Of a DNA stretch of 64,000 bases, positions 38,801-48,160 are shown piece after piece. The notes below the pieces were generated by a model. It had not been told where the DNA came from. It ran no database searches and was given only the letters and a program-made list of their open reading frames with translations. The first letter of the stretch is position 1, and every line of letters starts with the position of its first letter. This DNA comes from an uncultured virus (IMG/VR IMGVR_UViG_3300020194_001970) (Duplodnaviria > Heunggongvirae > Uroviricota > Caudoviricetes), in the IMG/VR virus record IMGVR_UViG_3300020194_001970; one strand, given 5' to 3'. The translations under genes and the position numbers were made by a program.

Positions 38801-41800
38801 TGTTGGTGAAATATAATTCCATTTCGTGGTTAAGATAGAATCGTAAACACATCTAGATGGCACTCTCAATAAATAAATATTTTTAACATTTTTGCTAGCG
38901 GGATCAATCTCAGCAAAAGCTTCTATGGAAGTTGGCACTATGTCTATTCTGGTACTATTTCTTTTACGTAAAATAAATACCGTAACCCTTGGAAATAAAT
39001 CGGCATCGTAAAATCCTCTAGGAAAAACAGAATAATCTTGAGGGGTTGGTCCTACCTGTAAGAACTGTATGTTATTTAATGTCTCTAGACTTTCTCCCCA
39101 GAAACCATTTTGTTCAGAAACGAATTTATGAGACTGTAAATGATAACTAGGGAATCCATAATCCTCTCCGCCATAATAATAATTAGCCTCATCATCAGAT
39201 GCAAATGGATGAGGGTGACCACCAACACCAACAGTAAAATTCAAACATCTAGTTCTGAGAGTTTTATACATTTTAGCTTGAATTTCATCGTGATCTTTTT
39301 GGCTGGATACAACATTACTTCTAATTCTACTATTAGAAACCCTAGGCTCTTTAACTAATAAGTTTTTATTAAAAAAATCTTTGAGATCAGGGTTAGCTTG
39401 AGAGAAAGCAGCAATAATTGCTTCATTAAAATTTTCACCGTTTGGGTGATAGCAAGGCATGGCATTGACAGCGTGATGCTCATATTTAATTTTTTTGTAA
39501 AATTTCTTGATTTTTATTTCATAAAAACCTCTTTGATTGGTATACACTTCTCTAATGAAATCTCCTATCGTTAAATTAGAGCCAGCGTTACCGATTAGAT
39601 CAAGCCAAGGTGTGTGCTTGTATTGAATTCTATGCTCAAGCCTAGGAGACTGGTATATACCTTTAACTTTGGAGAATAGCCCAGCTAAAGCTCCAAGTAT
39701 ACCTCCTGCATTGGTGGGTGGTGGATCTTTTCGTAAGAAGACGCCATCTTTGCTGTGGTAAAACTTGTTTAGAGGTTGAGCTTTATAATTAGATAAATCA
39801 AAAGAAGATTCATCAATAGTTCTGCCAGCTTGCATCCAGACTTCATTAACTTCGAACCTTGAATCATTAACACTAGGTCTTTCATGGGGAATAATTTTTT
39901 CCCATTTAGGGTGAACATTTCCATTTGAGTCTATCGGTGGATCATATTCAGGGTATGTTATTTCTGGAGAAGAGTAAGTTATAGGGTCGCCATTTTCCCC
40001 AATTATTGTAGTTTCAATCGTCGGAAGATCTGCAAATTCATCAGTATTTATATCATCTTCAAAATCATTAACTAGAGATACCTGCGAAGATGTTATTCTC
40101 TTGCCTGCCGCATCAAAAATGCAGTCAACAGTACTTGAACTAACAGTAGCCAACCTAGGATCATCTTCCGGAGGACCAATATATTCTCCATCTTTCAACT
40201 TGAAGAGTTGCCCTTCATATTGAACTACAACAAAAGATTTATCTACTCTTGATAAAGTATAAGAATTTCCGTTCTGAGCTGCATTGCGAAAAGCATGAAA
40301 ATTTTCTTCAAATGTTTTAGCTTTGGAATAACCAGAATATTTTCTTTGGAAATAAAAGCCTTGATATTCGTTTGTAGAATTCCATAACGGGTAAGAGAAG
40401 GGACTTGCGAATCTAACTAATGGCACTAAACTAGCATAACTTGTTTTTTGAAACTCCACAACATCAGATTCAGATTTGTCTTGATAGTCAATAATCCATC
40501 TGTAATTATTTCTAGATCCGAAAATAGGACTAGGGTAACTAATTGGTTTCCAATTTAGCAAAGTTAACGGTGATCGAGTTCTTTCTTTTTCAGTAGTGCA
40601 TTTATCATAAATATAGTAAGCTTTTGAGCCATCTTCAGGGTCTCTCAAATGAACTTTATCACCATAAGTATATAATTTATCTCGATCCCATTGAGGCGGA
40701 TCTAATGCGAGTTGAATAGCTCCTTCAGGTAATGGCTGTTCAAATACACGTTCATCACTATCCCTATTTGTGTCAGCAAAAGGAGCTTCTCGTAACGGTG
40801 AAACAATATCTTCTAATACTTTATATATTCTACGATCATAAATAAACTGATCGCCTGATTGATAGTCTCCATAATAATCCCACTCTTTTACGCTTTGAGG
40901 TGGGGGTATGGCTGTTAATTCAACGAATCTCCATATCGATTCATCAGCATCTTCTAGAGGGTCCATTGTATTGTATTCATATTCAAGCCAAGCATTAGAT
41001 TCTCCTGGTTCGTGATAAGAGATTGTTTTCCATTTGTTATGACTATCTATCCAAGGCTTGTAATCGTTCCAGTCATACTCGCTCCAATCAGTTGTGTTTT
41101 GCGTCGGATCCTGGCCTACGTCAGGATCATTAATGCCGTCAGCGATATAAATTGTGCCATTAAAATCAACTGTAGAACCTACTATATAACTGACCGAGTC
41201 GCTCCAAGCAGTTGGAGAAGTTATCTTTCTAAAGTTGTCTGTAACTTCGTAAACTACAGTGATTCCATTATCATTGTCAATTTTATAAGCATCACCTTCT
41301 GAAAATATTGCGGTGTTTTCTTCGAAAAATGTACTAAAATTACTTTGACTAGCAAATGAACCTTCGAGAGATACTGATTCAATATCTTGTTGAGCTTCAT
41401 AAAAAGTATCTGGATCTTCTGATAGGAAAACTATTTTACCCTCAATATAGCTTTGGCTAGAAGTCCATAGAATAGCGTTGTCTGGTTTTGAGGTTATATT
41501 CGTAATAGCTTTATACATATGGTTGTAGCTATTAGATTCTATAACATCATACGTCTCCCCAGGGATCTTTACTATATCACCAATGCGGTAATCAACTTGC
41601 TCATTGTAGAAATCATAATTATCAGGATTTTCGTCAGGTTCTTGAGTAAATATTGGCTGATAAATATCTGTAGTGAATTTATTGTATATGACATATTCCG
41701 TTGGAAGAGAAGATGTCCAGCGTTCAAATCTAGTCCAAACTTGGGCTTCTTCTATTGATGGCGGTATAATTGTTCGTGCAAGATAAGGGAAGGCTCCAGC

Positions 41801-44209
41801 TCCGAATTGATCGTATTGCCAGTTACCGTTAATTTGTTTTTGTACATACCAGTTTTCTATGCCATTCCAGTCCGTCGGGACCTTACCTGCAGAAATGTAT
41901 GTCTGTAAATCTAATTTTAAAAATGCAGGAACAAAATATGTGGCTCCTTGTGTAGACTCAACAATCTTATAACTATAAGACCCGGGACCCGAAACTCTTT
42001 CACCTAATGCATAAGTATCGATCATTTCATTTTTGTAAGTTTCTACAGAAGGGCCACCAATACCATCAACCTCAGGCATATTCTTAGTATTGCAAAAAAA
42101 AGCATAACCATCATTACGTTCAATAAAGCCTACATGCAAGTAAACCTCTAAGTCCTTATAGTTTCTTAAAACTGAAGTGGAATTTTTCGTGCCTTTAAAG
42201 TAAATGCGACACATTCTATCGTAAGTTATTGGATTACCTAAATGATCAACATGGTTACCCCTGAGAGTTAAGAAATCATCGCCATAAGGCTCGTACTCTA
42301 CGGACGAAACATCACCATTATAAACATTTAAATTGGTGGCTTCATTACTATTTATAGCAGACAAAGCTGAGTCTATATCTAAATTAGATTGAGGTTTCTG
42401 AATACCCATTAAAGAACCTAAATCAGAAGCTCTAGCTTTAGAAAACCAATCTTCTCTCTGCCTTCTTTTATCTATAAGATAACTAAAATCTAAAGGTATT
42501 GATGGAGGATGCATTTCAAAATTCTCAGGCTTACTATTATAGCCTTCGCCTTCAAAAAATGGAATTTCTTGATTTATCGATGAATCATCAGACCATTCTT
42601 GAATACTGTTTTCTTGTTCTGTTTGATCTGAAAGCTCTTTTAATAAAAAATAATCTCCATCTCTATATTGAGAAGGAATTCCTCCAGTGCTTAAATTAGT
42701 AGAATCATTAAACTCTAACGTCGTGCCTGTGATTTTAAAAATTCTATTGGAAGATATTGAAATGGATTCTAGGTTTTTATCTAAAAATTCAGATTTATCA
42801 ATATTAGCTAAATGAGTATTATTTGGTTTGTCTATACTAATATACAAGTTATCAGAATTGGATTCTTGAGAGTTTGCTAATATGGTTTTTGTTCCATTTA
42901 AAATATTTCCATTAACATCTTTATATTTTGAACCTGACGATACAATATGAAGCAATCCATTAGTGGCATCAGGCTCCAATGAGTCTGCTAAAGAATGATC
43001 TATACCAGCAGGATATTCAAAATAAGATAAGTTTCTGATTTGTATTTGGTATTCAGTAAATTCAGGCTGTTGGATTGTTAAAGGGTAAGAAACTTCTCCA
43101 TTGTCAACTGCTCCAGTTATTGGCATGGCTAGACCAGCTATTGGGCCTTCTGATATAATTTCTAGCGTTTTGTAAAAACTTATAGATTCTAGTTTTTGAT
43201 AATTTCCCCGAGACCCAACTGTCATAGGTGTGCCAGGAGCTTTGAATGCAATAGCGTTAGGCCCAGAACTACTATGATGTATTACACATTGGTCGTTTTC
43301 TCCTTGAGGTCTCATCGACACATCTAAACCAACTAGCGGAAAAACTGAAGGTCTTGCAACGTCAGAAGATGGTAATGTAGATGTTGAGCTTCTTTTTGTT
43401 ACTCGCTTTGATTCAGAAGGGCCAAACACATATCTTTCCCCAGCCCAGTAAGAATTATCGTAACCTTCAGTAAAAGATTCATTATTTTGATCTGAGCTAA
43501 ATGTTTTAGCATTATTTTGTCCACCAAAATTAACAGACCTCTTGTCGTTATACTTATATATTTGAAATTGATCAGTGGAGGTAATTGACCTCAAGTCTTG
43601 ACCATCTGGTGAATTGGTTAAAATTTTATTAATACCTATATTTGGATCTATTGAGCTAATGGCATCAGACAAATATATTTGAGCTGTTTTAAAATCAAAA
43701 TCATGATTTTCAACATTAGCGTGTATAACTTTTGTTCCAACTCTTAGTTGACCATAAACTACTGGTATTGGAGATCCTTGTTCTGCTCGATTGTCATTGT
43801 CGGTATATATGTATGAATTTGTGGTAATTATTTCGTACTCTGGTTTACCGTCGTCCTCCATGAAATTTAATTTATCAGATAGCTTTTGCATCGCAAAGCC
43901 CATACCAGCATTTAATATAAAGCCTCCTATCGGTCCACCCATGAAGCCCTGCTTTCCAGCGATTTTTGGCATTAAGGAATACTCAGAATCTTTAAATAAA
44001 ATGTTGCCAAAAATTATATCGTAATTATTGTTTTGAGTATCAACAAATTCAAAGGTTACACCAGAGTTTATTTTGGAGATGAAATAAGATTTGAAATTTT
44101 TAAATTGTAGGCATAACGCATGGATAGCTTCATTTGGTGTAGAAACATCTAGATAAATTTCTTTAGTAAATTTATCACTTAACTCCCCATATAAAACAAA
44201 CCTTTTCAT
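32876..44209 (-). CDS. Giant tail tip protein: lambda gpI-like + gpJ-like fusion with CBM5/12-like repeats, Thr/Pro stalk and Calx-beta-like domains
   Basis: LYGEL..KF...V.TP.EAI.AL and QG.P.PV.YG...VG (gpI); ISEGPI.GL, SIYLN.VP, YP.TA...KG..VKVPSNY.P..R.Y.G.W.G.F...W..NPAW..YDL....YGMG...IDKW (gpJ). Confidence 0.85.
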   Translation of the reverse strand: MKRFVLYGELSDKFTKEIYLDVSTPNEAIHALCLQFKNFKSYFISKINSGVTFEFVDTQNNNYDIIFGNILFKDSEYSLMPKIAGKQGFMGGPIGGFILNAGMGFAMQKLSDKLNFMEDDGKPEYEIITTNSYIYTDNDNRAEQGSPIPVVYGQLRVGTKVIHANVENHDFDFKTAQIYLSDAISSIDPNIGINKILTNSPDGQDLRSITSTDQFQIYKYNDKRSVNFGGQNNAKTFSSDQNNESFTEGYDNSYWAGERYVFGPSESKRVTKRSSTSTLPSSDVARPSVFPLVGLDVSMRPQGENDQCVIHHSSSGPNAIAFKAPGTPMTVGSRGNYQKLESISFYKTLEIISEGPIAGLAMPITGAVDNGEVSYPLTIQQPEFTEYQIQIRNLSYFEYPAGIDHSLADSLEPDATNGLLHIVSSGSKYKDVNGNILNGTKTILANSQESNSDNLYISIDKPNNTHLANIDKSEFLDKNLESISISSNRIFKITGTTLEFNDSTNLSTGGIPSQYRDGDYFLLKELSDQTEQENSIQEWSDDSSINQEIPFFEGEGYNSKPENFEMHPPSIPLDFSYLIDKRRQREDWFSKARASDLGSLMGIQKPQSNLDIDSALSAINSNEATNLNVYNGDVSSVEYEPYGDDFLTLRGNHVDHLGNPITYDRMCRIYFKGTKNSTSVLRNYKDLEVYLHVGFIERNDGYAFFCNTKNMPEVDGIGGPSVETYKNEMIDTYALGERVSGPGSYSYKIVESTQGATYFVPAFLKLDLQTYISAGKVPTDWNGIENWYVQKQINGNWQYDQFGAGAFPYLARTIIPPSIEEAQVWTRFERWTSSLPTEYVIYNKFTTDIYQPIFTQEPDENPDNYDFYNEQVDYRIGDIVKIPGETYDVIESNSYNHMYKAITNITSKPDNAILWTSSQSYIEGKIVFLSEDPDTFYEAQQDIESVSLEGSFASQSNFSTFFEENTAIFSEGDAYKIDNDNGITVVYEVTDNFRKITSPTAWSDSVSYIVGSTVDFNGTIYIADGINDPDVGQDPTQNTTDWSEYDWNDYKPWIDSHNKWKTISYHEPGESNAWLEYEYNTMDPLEDADESIWRFVELTAIPPPQSVKEWDYYGDYQSGDQFIYDRRIYKVLEDIVSPLREAPFADTNRDSDERVFEQPLPEGAIQLALDPPQWDRDKLYTYGDKVHLRDPEDGSKAYYIYDKCTTEKERTRSPLTLLNWKPISYPSPIFGSRNNYRWIIDYQDKSESDVVEFQKTSYASLVPLVRFASPFSYPLWNSTNEYQGFYFQRKYSGYSKAKTFEENFHAFRNAAQNGNSYTLSRVDKSFVVVQYEGQLFKLKDGEYIGPPEDDPRLATVSSSTVDCIFDAAGKRITSSQVSLVNDFEDDINTDEFADLPTIETTIIGENGDPITYSSPEITYPEYDPPIDSNGNVHPKWEKIIPHERPSVNDSRFEVNEVWMQAGRTIDESSFDLSNYKAQPLNKFYHSKDGVFLRKDPPPTNAGGILGALAGLFSKVKGIYQSPRLEHRIQYKHTPWLDLIGNAGSNLTIGDFIREVYTNQRGFYEIKIKKFYKKIKYEHHAVNAMPCYHPNGENFNEAIIAAFSQANPDLKDFFNKNLLVKEPRVSNSRIRSNVVSSQKDHDEIQAKMYKTLRTRCLNFTVGVGGHPHPFASDDEANYYYGGEDYGFPSYHLQSHKFVSEQNGFWGESLETLNNIQFLQVGPTPQDYSVFPRGFYDADLFPRVTVFILRKRNSTRIDIVPTSIEAFAEIDPASKNVKNIYLLRVPSRCVYDSILTTKWNYISPTSYKNSKPSVVFGEEPFQDVGVYLKIDGSHGYYSISFNNTESTGNNLYSISNSSNVPSNNTFGLKNGWASHVEHDNVNPNQDLGMYKNNAVLDLVSYAPYSDSAKIRITTESINVSSGLDKRFYSSAIPNTINTGRIVDFSVTNKGSGYSQRSSVSVYDNSYIIRAVNVSGNERGYLPQLTFSILGLPKSKFDNTNLSIAQLKEYVTVSLILKASYRGRIEGDQNRTGNAADNIALSQKGLAIYRPGTGFSGPNDTVIFLNPDYYPDFSNEQKNRINQIKDALDSDLSILNEAENLLPDHALPKSPFIALAEKQNGSVFKFKQIQKGEGFNIYEPLPNLFEPPIKNLVKFIADFKDGSLESLKLDLNQEVVNYSNKDDNVKLVFAPPILLGSDMPENEPSTDPYKKFRSIYLNDVPIRDHTQRFNYSKFHFDMRIGHFKNATSTFPIEGTLATEARSSLISDEFRIPNYTSFINYPLYAPRNEGEKDYFYSYTIKNPDITDVSFSIKIKELHYIYEGDESVQYMNLIPIIGMVLGWMIGTWMAEKLLDLIPDITFGFGFGAVSGWTIPGIRGIIESALNALTYAFVIAGGVLGALAGIELARSAFKCSQLPWLCIKIGELIKNSGEIWPAKMRIAIEHGLEGETLLTDSVIFSGCVTSPYVKDIYIKNLPKAKPLNSSSRIFKNRIFRIYRITRELDPVEGGLAEARFKIDCELLSATEYVGGFFAYPSTAIMATRFNSKDFPSIPKREYIVKGKLVKVPSNYNPTARSYSGAWNGSFSSKLKWTSNPAWVIYDLLVNQKYGMGKYGITESDIDKWSFYLFSQKCDELVDVFVDGLLTKERRHMCNLYMDSESESFEYIKNLLNIYNASINFAQGKIALVQDALSFSGPIMFFNNSNISESGFTYSTSPRTKKISAITIDYLDERDNYMPKSEYVEDSELIKLFGYSHTRVAANGITRKGEAFRLGWSKLLSQKYAKELISFTSGLKVAYLSIGDIIEVLDNNKVSKHSGGRIMKIIDSHTIELDIPTEAFSGEVDSLLLEVDDFVYPSWDSSTNYTIPSTVVHKGSHYILIKNPEFKISPNFDPDHWSLISNENLRKTRVESFKINSVNGFQVSFVNSINNTSAGYSWVIKENSNPEDLIEPKQYRIEKISEKNDIEYEIFASEYNKDKYIAIDQLSSSNMSLGDFDILDDDYDDHFVKISAPATQTPTPSITPTISITPTISVTPSVTITQTSTITPTSTITPTSTITPTISITPTISVTPSVTITPTSTITPTSTITPTISITPTISVTPSVTITQTSTITPTISVTPTISVTPTNTVTPTSTITPTISVTPTISVTPTNTFTPTSTVSPTISITPTTTPTISITPTTTPTISITPTTTPTISITPTTTPTISITPTITLTISITPSITPTISVSPTISITPSNTPTLTPTPSITPTVSFPAGALNLTVDQTTLYVVEGQSSQVRVVRTVDDVSWRGEVRIRYSLSVYDNSSLSADTSDFVERSRIITLKGNQSEFFIPIRAKADNVDDDYEVFALTIEPLDLDSRTNITTVNLYPQDVYTSKGWSTLISIYPPTPPFSLSNTPTLTPTPTISITPSITPSISTTISVTPVITPSTTPEPSFTPTVTITPTIEETRTPTPTVTPTISVTPRIIQDLNVNLNAYAIVSEDNTTIDFDRDGTSDGTRQTLKINVYRSTGAATDLSIPFDFTIKIFKDVSDNATLDDLNQEIRNAEEFDDDANTWVLSDNIVYENRYSFDAEESEKLINISTRDEFSNMRFTEDDLTPEGLESLTLVIGDYKFPGTDERLSSSPQNVTFEDFNEDLDMWVDKTVKVYITDNDIVWILTFLDENGDNITTNISITREDFLGDNTFPSLPIETLELEPIDDDGSMGYRIAETEGDLGRFRESNLIIDAGGLNFDTLIYDDQEINISTWITSEDDHTIIRLLETDTFFHQIIGLITRPGIHRITLKIE
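34483..35190 (-). repeat. Thr/Pro/Ser/Ile low-complexity tract (ITPT/VTPT hexapeptide-like repeats)
   Basis: TPTISITPTISVTPSVTITQTSTITPT... within the tail tip protein; a second, shorter tract lies at about 33843-34076. Confidence 0.9.
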
Positions 44210-44958
44210 AAATCCTTATGCCTATATACTTTATACACTTTATTGGTTAATGTTTGATTAAATAATTCTTTTTTAGGTCTACCTTCAAAAGGGTGGTGGT
44301 AGATGAATTTATTTTCAACAAAAACACCTAAATGAAAAAGGTTATCAACGGTCGGAAAAAAAATAACAACATCATTATTCTTAATATCGCTTAAATTAAC
44401 TTCGTTAAAATGCAAGGAAATTAATTTTAACAGCTTTTCATTTGGATTATTTCTTGGTCTTGACCAGTCTTTTATGGTTTCTGAAAAATTAATCTCGAGA
44501 TTAATAAAAAAGAAATCTTTAATAAAGCTAATACAATCTTGGAAATATGGAATAAAAATCCTATTTTCTAACTTTTTAGGTTTATAGGATTCTGGATAAA
44601 ATAGATAAGTATTTTTGTTTTTGTTGGAAAAAATCAAAGAAGGCAAGCAAAAGCTTTTTGCGATTTCTATATCTAAAGGGCTGGGTGTTGGGTCGTCATC
44701 TATATGGCTATGGAATAGGGATATGATTCTGTCATTTACATACAAGTCATAATAGTCTGAGCTAGACGTAATGAAAGATTTATTGTCATAACTATCATTG
44801 TTTTTTAAAGGTATAAATTCAAAACTCAATCTATATTGATCTGACCAAGCAAATAAACCACACTCTTCTCGATCATTAAAAGCTAATGATCGTTTAAATG
44901 CAGAAAGAATAACTTTATTGCTTCCAGGATCCTGGGAATCCTCCAAAGGGTAATCCAT
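44206..44958 (-). CDS. Tail tip assembly protein K-like (JAB/MPN + NlpC/P60)
   Basis: EECG...FHSH.....PS..D JAB motif; DC...HLGV......HH NlpC/P60 pattern. Confidence 0.8.
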   Translation of the reverse strand: MDYPLEDSQDPGSNKVILSAFKRSLAFNDREECGLFAWSDQYRLSFEFIPLKNNDSYDNKSFITSSSDYYDLYVNDRIISLFHSHIDDDPTPSPLDIEIAKSFCLPSLIFSNKNKNTYLFYPESYKPKKLENRIFIPYFQDCISFIKDFFFINLEINFSETIKDWSRPRNNPNEKLLKLISLHFNEVNLSDIKNNDVVIFFPTVDNLFHLGVFVENKFIYHHPFEGRPKKELFNQTLTNKVYKVYRHKDL

Positions 44959-45820
44959 TATTATTTTCTATTATGTTGTTAAATCTAGATCTGCATCCAG
45001 ATATATTTTTAGGGCAAGCATCTTGTACCCATAAAGATTTATTAGATTCCGGGTTATGACCAACAGTTCCGTTTTTAAGACATACATAAAAAGACGATCC
45101 GTTTTGAGGGTTTTCGTAATCAGTAATTTTAACATAGTCACCTTTATTGTAAGTCGCACTACCGCTATACTCCAGGGGGCTACCTGCTTTTATCGAACTA
45201 AAAAGGCCGTCATCTCCAGTGAATGGATTCCCTTTGCCGTCTGTTTTTGGTATACCAGAATAACCGCAACCAATAGGACTTCGATACATCCACTGACAGG
45301 TATTGTATACTATTTTTCTATTAGGAAGGAAGGCATTCTCTTTTTCGAGGGGAGAAGATAGTTCAAAAGAAATAATATTATTATTTTCTTGAGTTTTCTG
45401 ATTAATTATATAATTTTCATGAGGAAAAGAGTCTTCTGTGGGTGTGCCAAATGGATTTATATTATTTGGAAAGTTTATGCCATGCAGAAATTTAACAAAG
45501 GTTCTAATCCTTGTTACTTTGTAACCTATAAAATCATCAAAAAACCTAGTTTTTAAACCAAAAAAACCATCTGAATTATCAAATGTCAAAGTGGGCCTAG
45601 GGAATTCACTATTGGTAGAAGTGAAGCCATCCGCAGAAAAAGGAACATAAAAGTATTCATTTTCACCTGAATCATAATATATACTTTTTTGGTAACCATT
45701 TTCACCGCTATGAAAATAGTAATTATTACCTCTGCTTTTTTGAGATAAGGAAATCCTGAAAAGGGTTATTATTGCGGAAGGGTTTTCTGCAAAAACTTCT
45801 TTGGATATAGAGCTTTTCAT
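44915..45820 (-). CDS. Minor tail protein L-like
   Basis: PRPTL..N, VTRIRTF.KFL...NF, FELSSP, CQW.YR...CGY...D.C.K...GC..RF...PFGGFPG. Confidence 0.9.
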   Translation of the reverse strand: MKSSISKEVFAENPSAIITLFRISLSQKSRGNNYYFHSGENGYQKSIYYDSGENEYFYVPFSADGFTSTNSEFPRPTLTFDNSDGFFGLKTRFFDDFIGYKVTRIRTFVKFLHGINFPNNINPFGTPTEDSFPHENYIINQKTQENNNIISFELSSPLEKENAFLPNRKIVYNTCQWMYRSPIGCGYSGIPKTDGKGNPFTGDDGLFSSIKAGSPLEYSGSATYNKGDYVKITDYENPQNGSSFYVCLKNGTVGHNPESNKSLWVQDACPKNISGCRSRFNNIIENNNGLPFGGFPGSWKQ

Positions 45821-45836
45821 TATATTTTATAATAAA

Positions 45837-46991
45837 TTAAAAACTAGGACATTCAATAAAAGTTGCAGTAATATCGTGACTATTATAATAAGTAAAGGTA
45901 TGAGTCCATTCTGGGCAATAATATAAAGACATACTTTTTCTGTGGGGTGTGTTATTGAGGTCATTAGAAGGTGAAGATGTATAATCTTTCTGTATATGAA
46001 ATCCAAACTTTTTATAACCTAAATGACTTTCTAAAAAAAGTAAAATCCTTTTAGTTTCCTCATTACTTCTTCCATTAAAACTCAGTTGCATATTAAATAA
46101 ATTTGGGTTAAATCCATACAAATTATATTTAGAATAAGAATCTGATATCGTTGTTTTTTTGAATTTAGGAGAATGAGATAAATTTGTTTGCTGATTTGGT
46201 CTGAAATCAAACATAGAAAAACCAAACGTGTCATTTTCAGTTGTGATGGGAGAGTAGGGAAAAAAAGAAGAGTGTTGTGGCTTTTTAATGAAAATTGAAC
46301 TTCTTAAATTCGTTTGATTGGTTAACCCATCATTGAAAGATTCGAACAACCCATGACTATTATCAATGTTAATCGTTTGAGTAGCTCCAGGAGAAACGGA
46401 AATGTCATCAGATAAAACTCTAAATGACTTGTATGAGGTCGGGTGATATAAATAACTATTGCTGTTTAATAGTATAGTTTTGCTGTCTGATGTGTTATGT
46501 AGACTTGCATTAACAATAGGGCCAGACAAAGACCCAATAGCTGTAATGTCATAGGAAGCAAGAAAACTATCAACACTAGATAGAGAACTTGCAGAAGTAG
46601 CTTCGAGTGATGCTGTAACAGAATTTACATCGTAGTGAACTTTTTCATGATTATAAGTAACACAATTAAAGAAATTTGTCTTATAAGGATAAAAAGGAGA
46701 ATAACTAAAAGCTGGAACTCTTTTATTATTAAAATAGCCTAGGTTATTATAATCTTGAATTTTATAGTAAAATTGATTTTGAAAAAAAGAAATTAAGTCT
46801 AATGCCTCACTGTCAATTAAATCATTAAAATTTAAATTTAATTTCATTTTTAATGAGTTTATACCATCGGGCATTATGGTAGTATAGTTGTCCCCAAAAG
46901 TGAAAGATTTATTAGAGCAAGAAAAAGATGCTGAAGATCCAAAAGAAGGCTTAACATTTATACCATTAGTTTCTGTGTTTCTTAAGTCCAT
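45837..46991 (-). CDS. Minor tail protein M-like (two tandem M-like domains)
   Basis: FGDNY...PDGIN...L.F and L.F..R...E..IL.FLE.H.G...F...C..W......ITATF.E patterns; synteny before L. Confidence 0.65.
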   Translation of the reverse strand: MDLRNTETNGINVKPSFGSSASFSCSNKSFTFGDNYTTIMPDGINSLKMKLNLNFNDLIDSEALDLISFFQNQFYYKIQDYNNLGYFNNKRVPAFSYSPFYPYKTNFFNCVTYNHEKVHYDVNSVTASLEATSASSLSSVDSFLASYDITAIGSLSGPIVNASLHNTSDSKTILLNSNSYLYHPTSYKSFRVLSDDISVSPGATQTINIDNSHGLFESFNDGLTNQTNLRSSIFIKKPQHSSFFPYSPITTENDTFGFSMFDFRPNQQTNLSHSPKFKKTTISDSYSKYNLYGFNPNLFNMQLSFNGRSNEETKRILLFLESHLGYKKFGFHIQKDYTSSPSNDLNNTPHRKSMSLYYCPEWTHTFTYYNSHDITATFIECPSF

Positions 46992-48160
46992 TACTGTATG
47001 TATTTTGTTATAGAAAAGGAACCCTCTAGAAAGCCTAGTGAGTTGATAGAAATTGATTCGCTATCAACCATTCCATTACAAACAAATTTTTGCATAAAAC
47101 CTGCCGAATTATTTTTATAGTTTTGATAAGAAAGGTCGTATAGCTCACATGAAATTTCAACATTCTCTCTTTTTGAAGCTTTGTTAATAATAGATGGATC
47201 TATATTTGTGCCTTCTATACTTACAGATACTGTAGTCTCTCTTTTTGAGACTCTAGAAGGAACGAATCCAAATTCAGGAATTTCATCATCTTCTGGTAAT
47301 GAATATTTGGGAACTCTATTAATTTGAGCGGAGTAAGAAAATGAAGTGGCGTAATCCATTCCTAAAGCTTTTATGCCTATGATTTGACTTTTCTCACCAT
47401 GAGGTATAGATTGTTGTTGATACAAGCTTGAAGAATAATAGTTTTTAGATAACTCGGTATTTTTTTTAATTAAACCATAAATTTGAAAACTAGCCGAAGC
47501 TTGAACTATCGCATTAGCTGAAACAGAAAAAGCGAAAGAAGATAAGTAGGCATTCTGAAATTCAAAATCTCCCAAAAATCCAGTTATTGATTCGTTGGAT
47601 ATTGGAGGGTATTTAGTTGGGTCAGCTATTCCAGTTATATTAAAAAAATTCGGCATGTTTCCCGTGTTTAAATAAAAGTCAACTGCTAGTGAACCTTCTA
47701 TTGGAGATTTTGCTGAATAACCTAATTCTGGGTTAAAGTATCCATTTTGACATTCATTTTCATCTAAACTCCAACCCCCACTCTTTGCATAAACTTCAAT
47801 CACATAATCATTACCTGAAGGTCGTATTTCTTTAGAAAAATATAAATGCTTTCCATTAGGAAATGTTATTTTTGAATCTTTTTCTATGGAATAAATTGAA
47901 GTAGCTATAGGTTTCGGAGGACCACCTATTGGCCCTAAAGTAATTAAGGTATCTTCATTAGGTAAAAAAGTATGGCTAGAGTAATCTATAGTTGACCCAT
48001 CACTATATGCAGCTATTTGAATAATGTTATCGTCCATCTGACGATCTACTGAAACTGATTGATTAAGGTTCAGTGAAGCTCTTTCTGCAAAGATGTACTC
48101 ACCCTCTTTACCTTTTTCGGCAAGATACAGAGGTACATTTTCGTAAGGTAATAAACTCAT
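46991..48160 (-). CDS. Tail tube-fold / distal tail protein
   Basis: F.NAYL.S..FS....IV.ASA.FQIYG and SFSYS....R.P.Y patterns shared with 48157-48960. Confidence 0.45.
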   Translation of the reverse strand: MSLLPYENVPLYLAEKGKEGEYIFAERASLNLNQSVSVDRQMDDNIIQIAAYSDGSTIDYSSHTFLPNEDTLITLGPIGGPPKPIATSIYSIEKDSKITFPNGKHLYFSKEIRPSGNDYVIEVYAKSGGWSLDENECQNGYFNPELGYSAKSPIEGSLAVDFYLNTGNMPNFFNITGIADPTKYPPISNESITGFLGDFEFQNAYLSSFAFSVSANAIVQASASFQIYGLIKKNTELSKNYYSSSLYQQQSIPHGEKSQIIGIKALGMDYATSFSYSAQINRVPKYSLPEDDEIPEFGFVPSRVSKRETTVSVSIEGTNIDPSIINKASKRENVEISCELYDLSYQNYKNNSAGFMQKFVCNGMVDSESISINSLGFLEGSFSITKYIQ

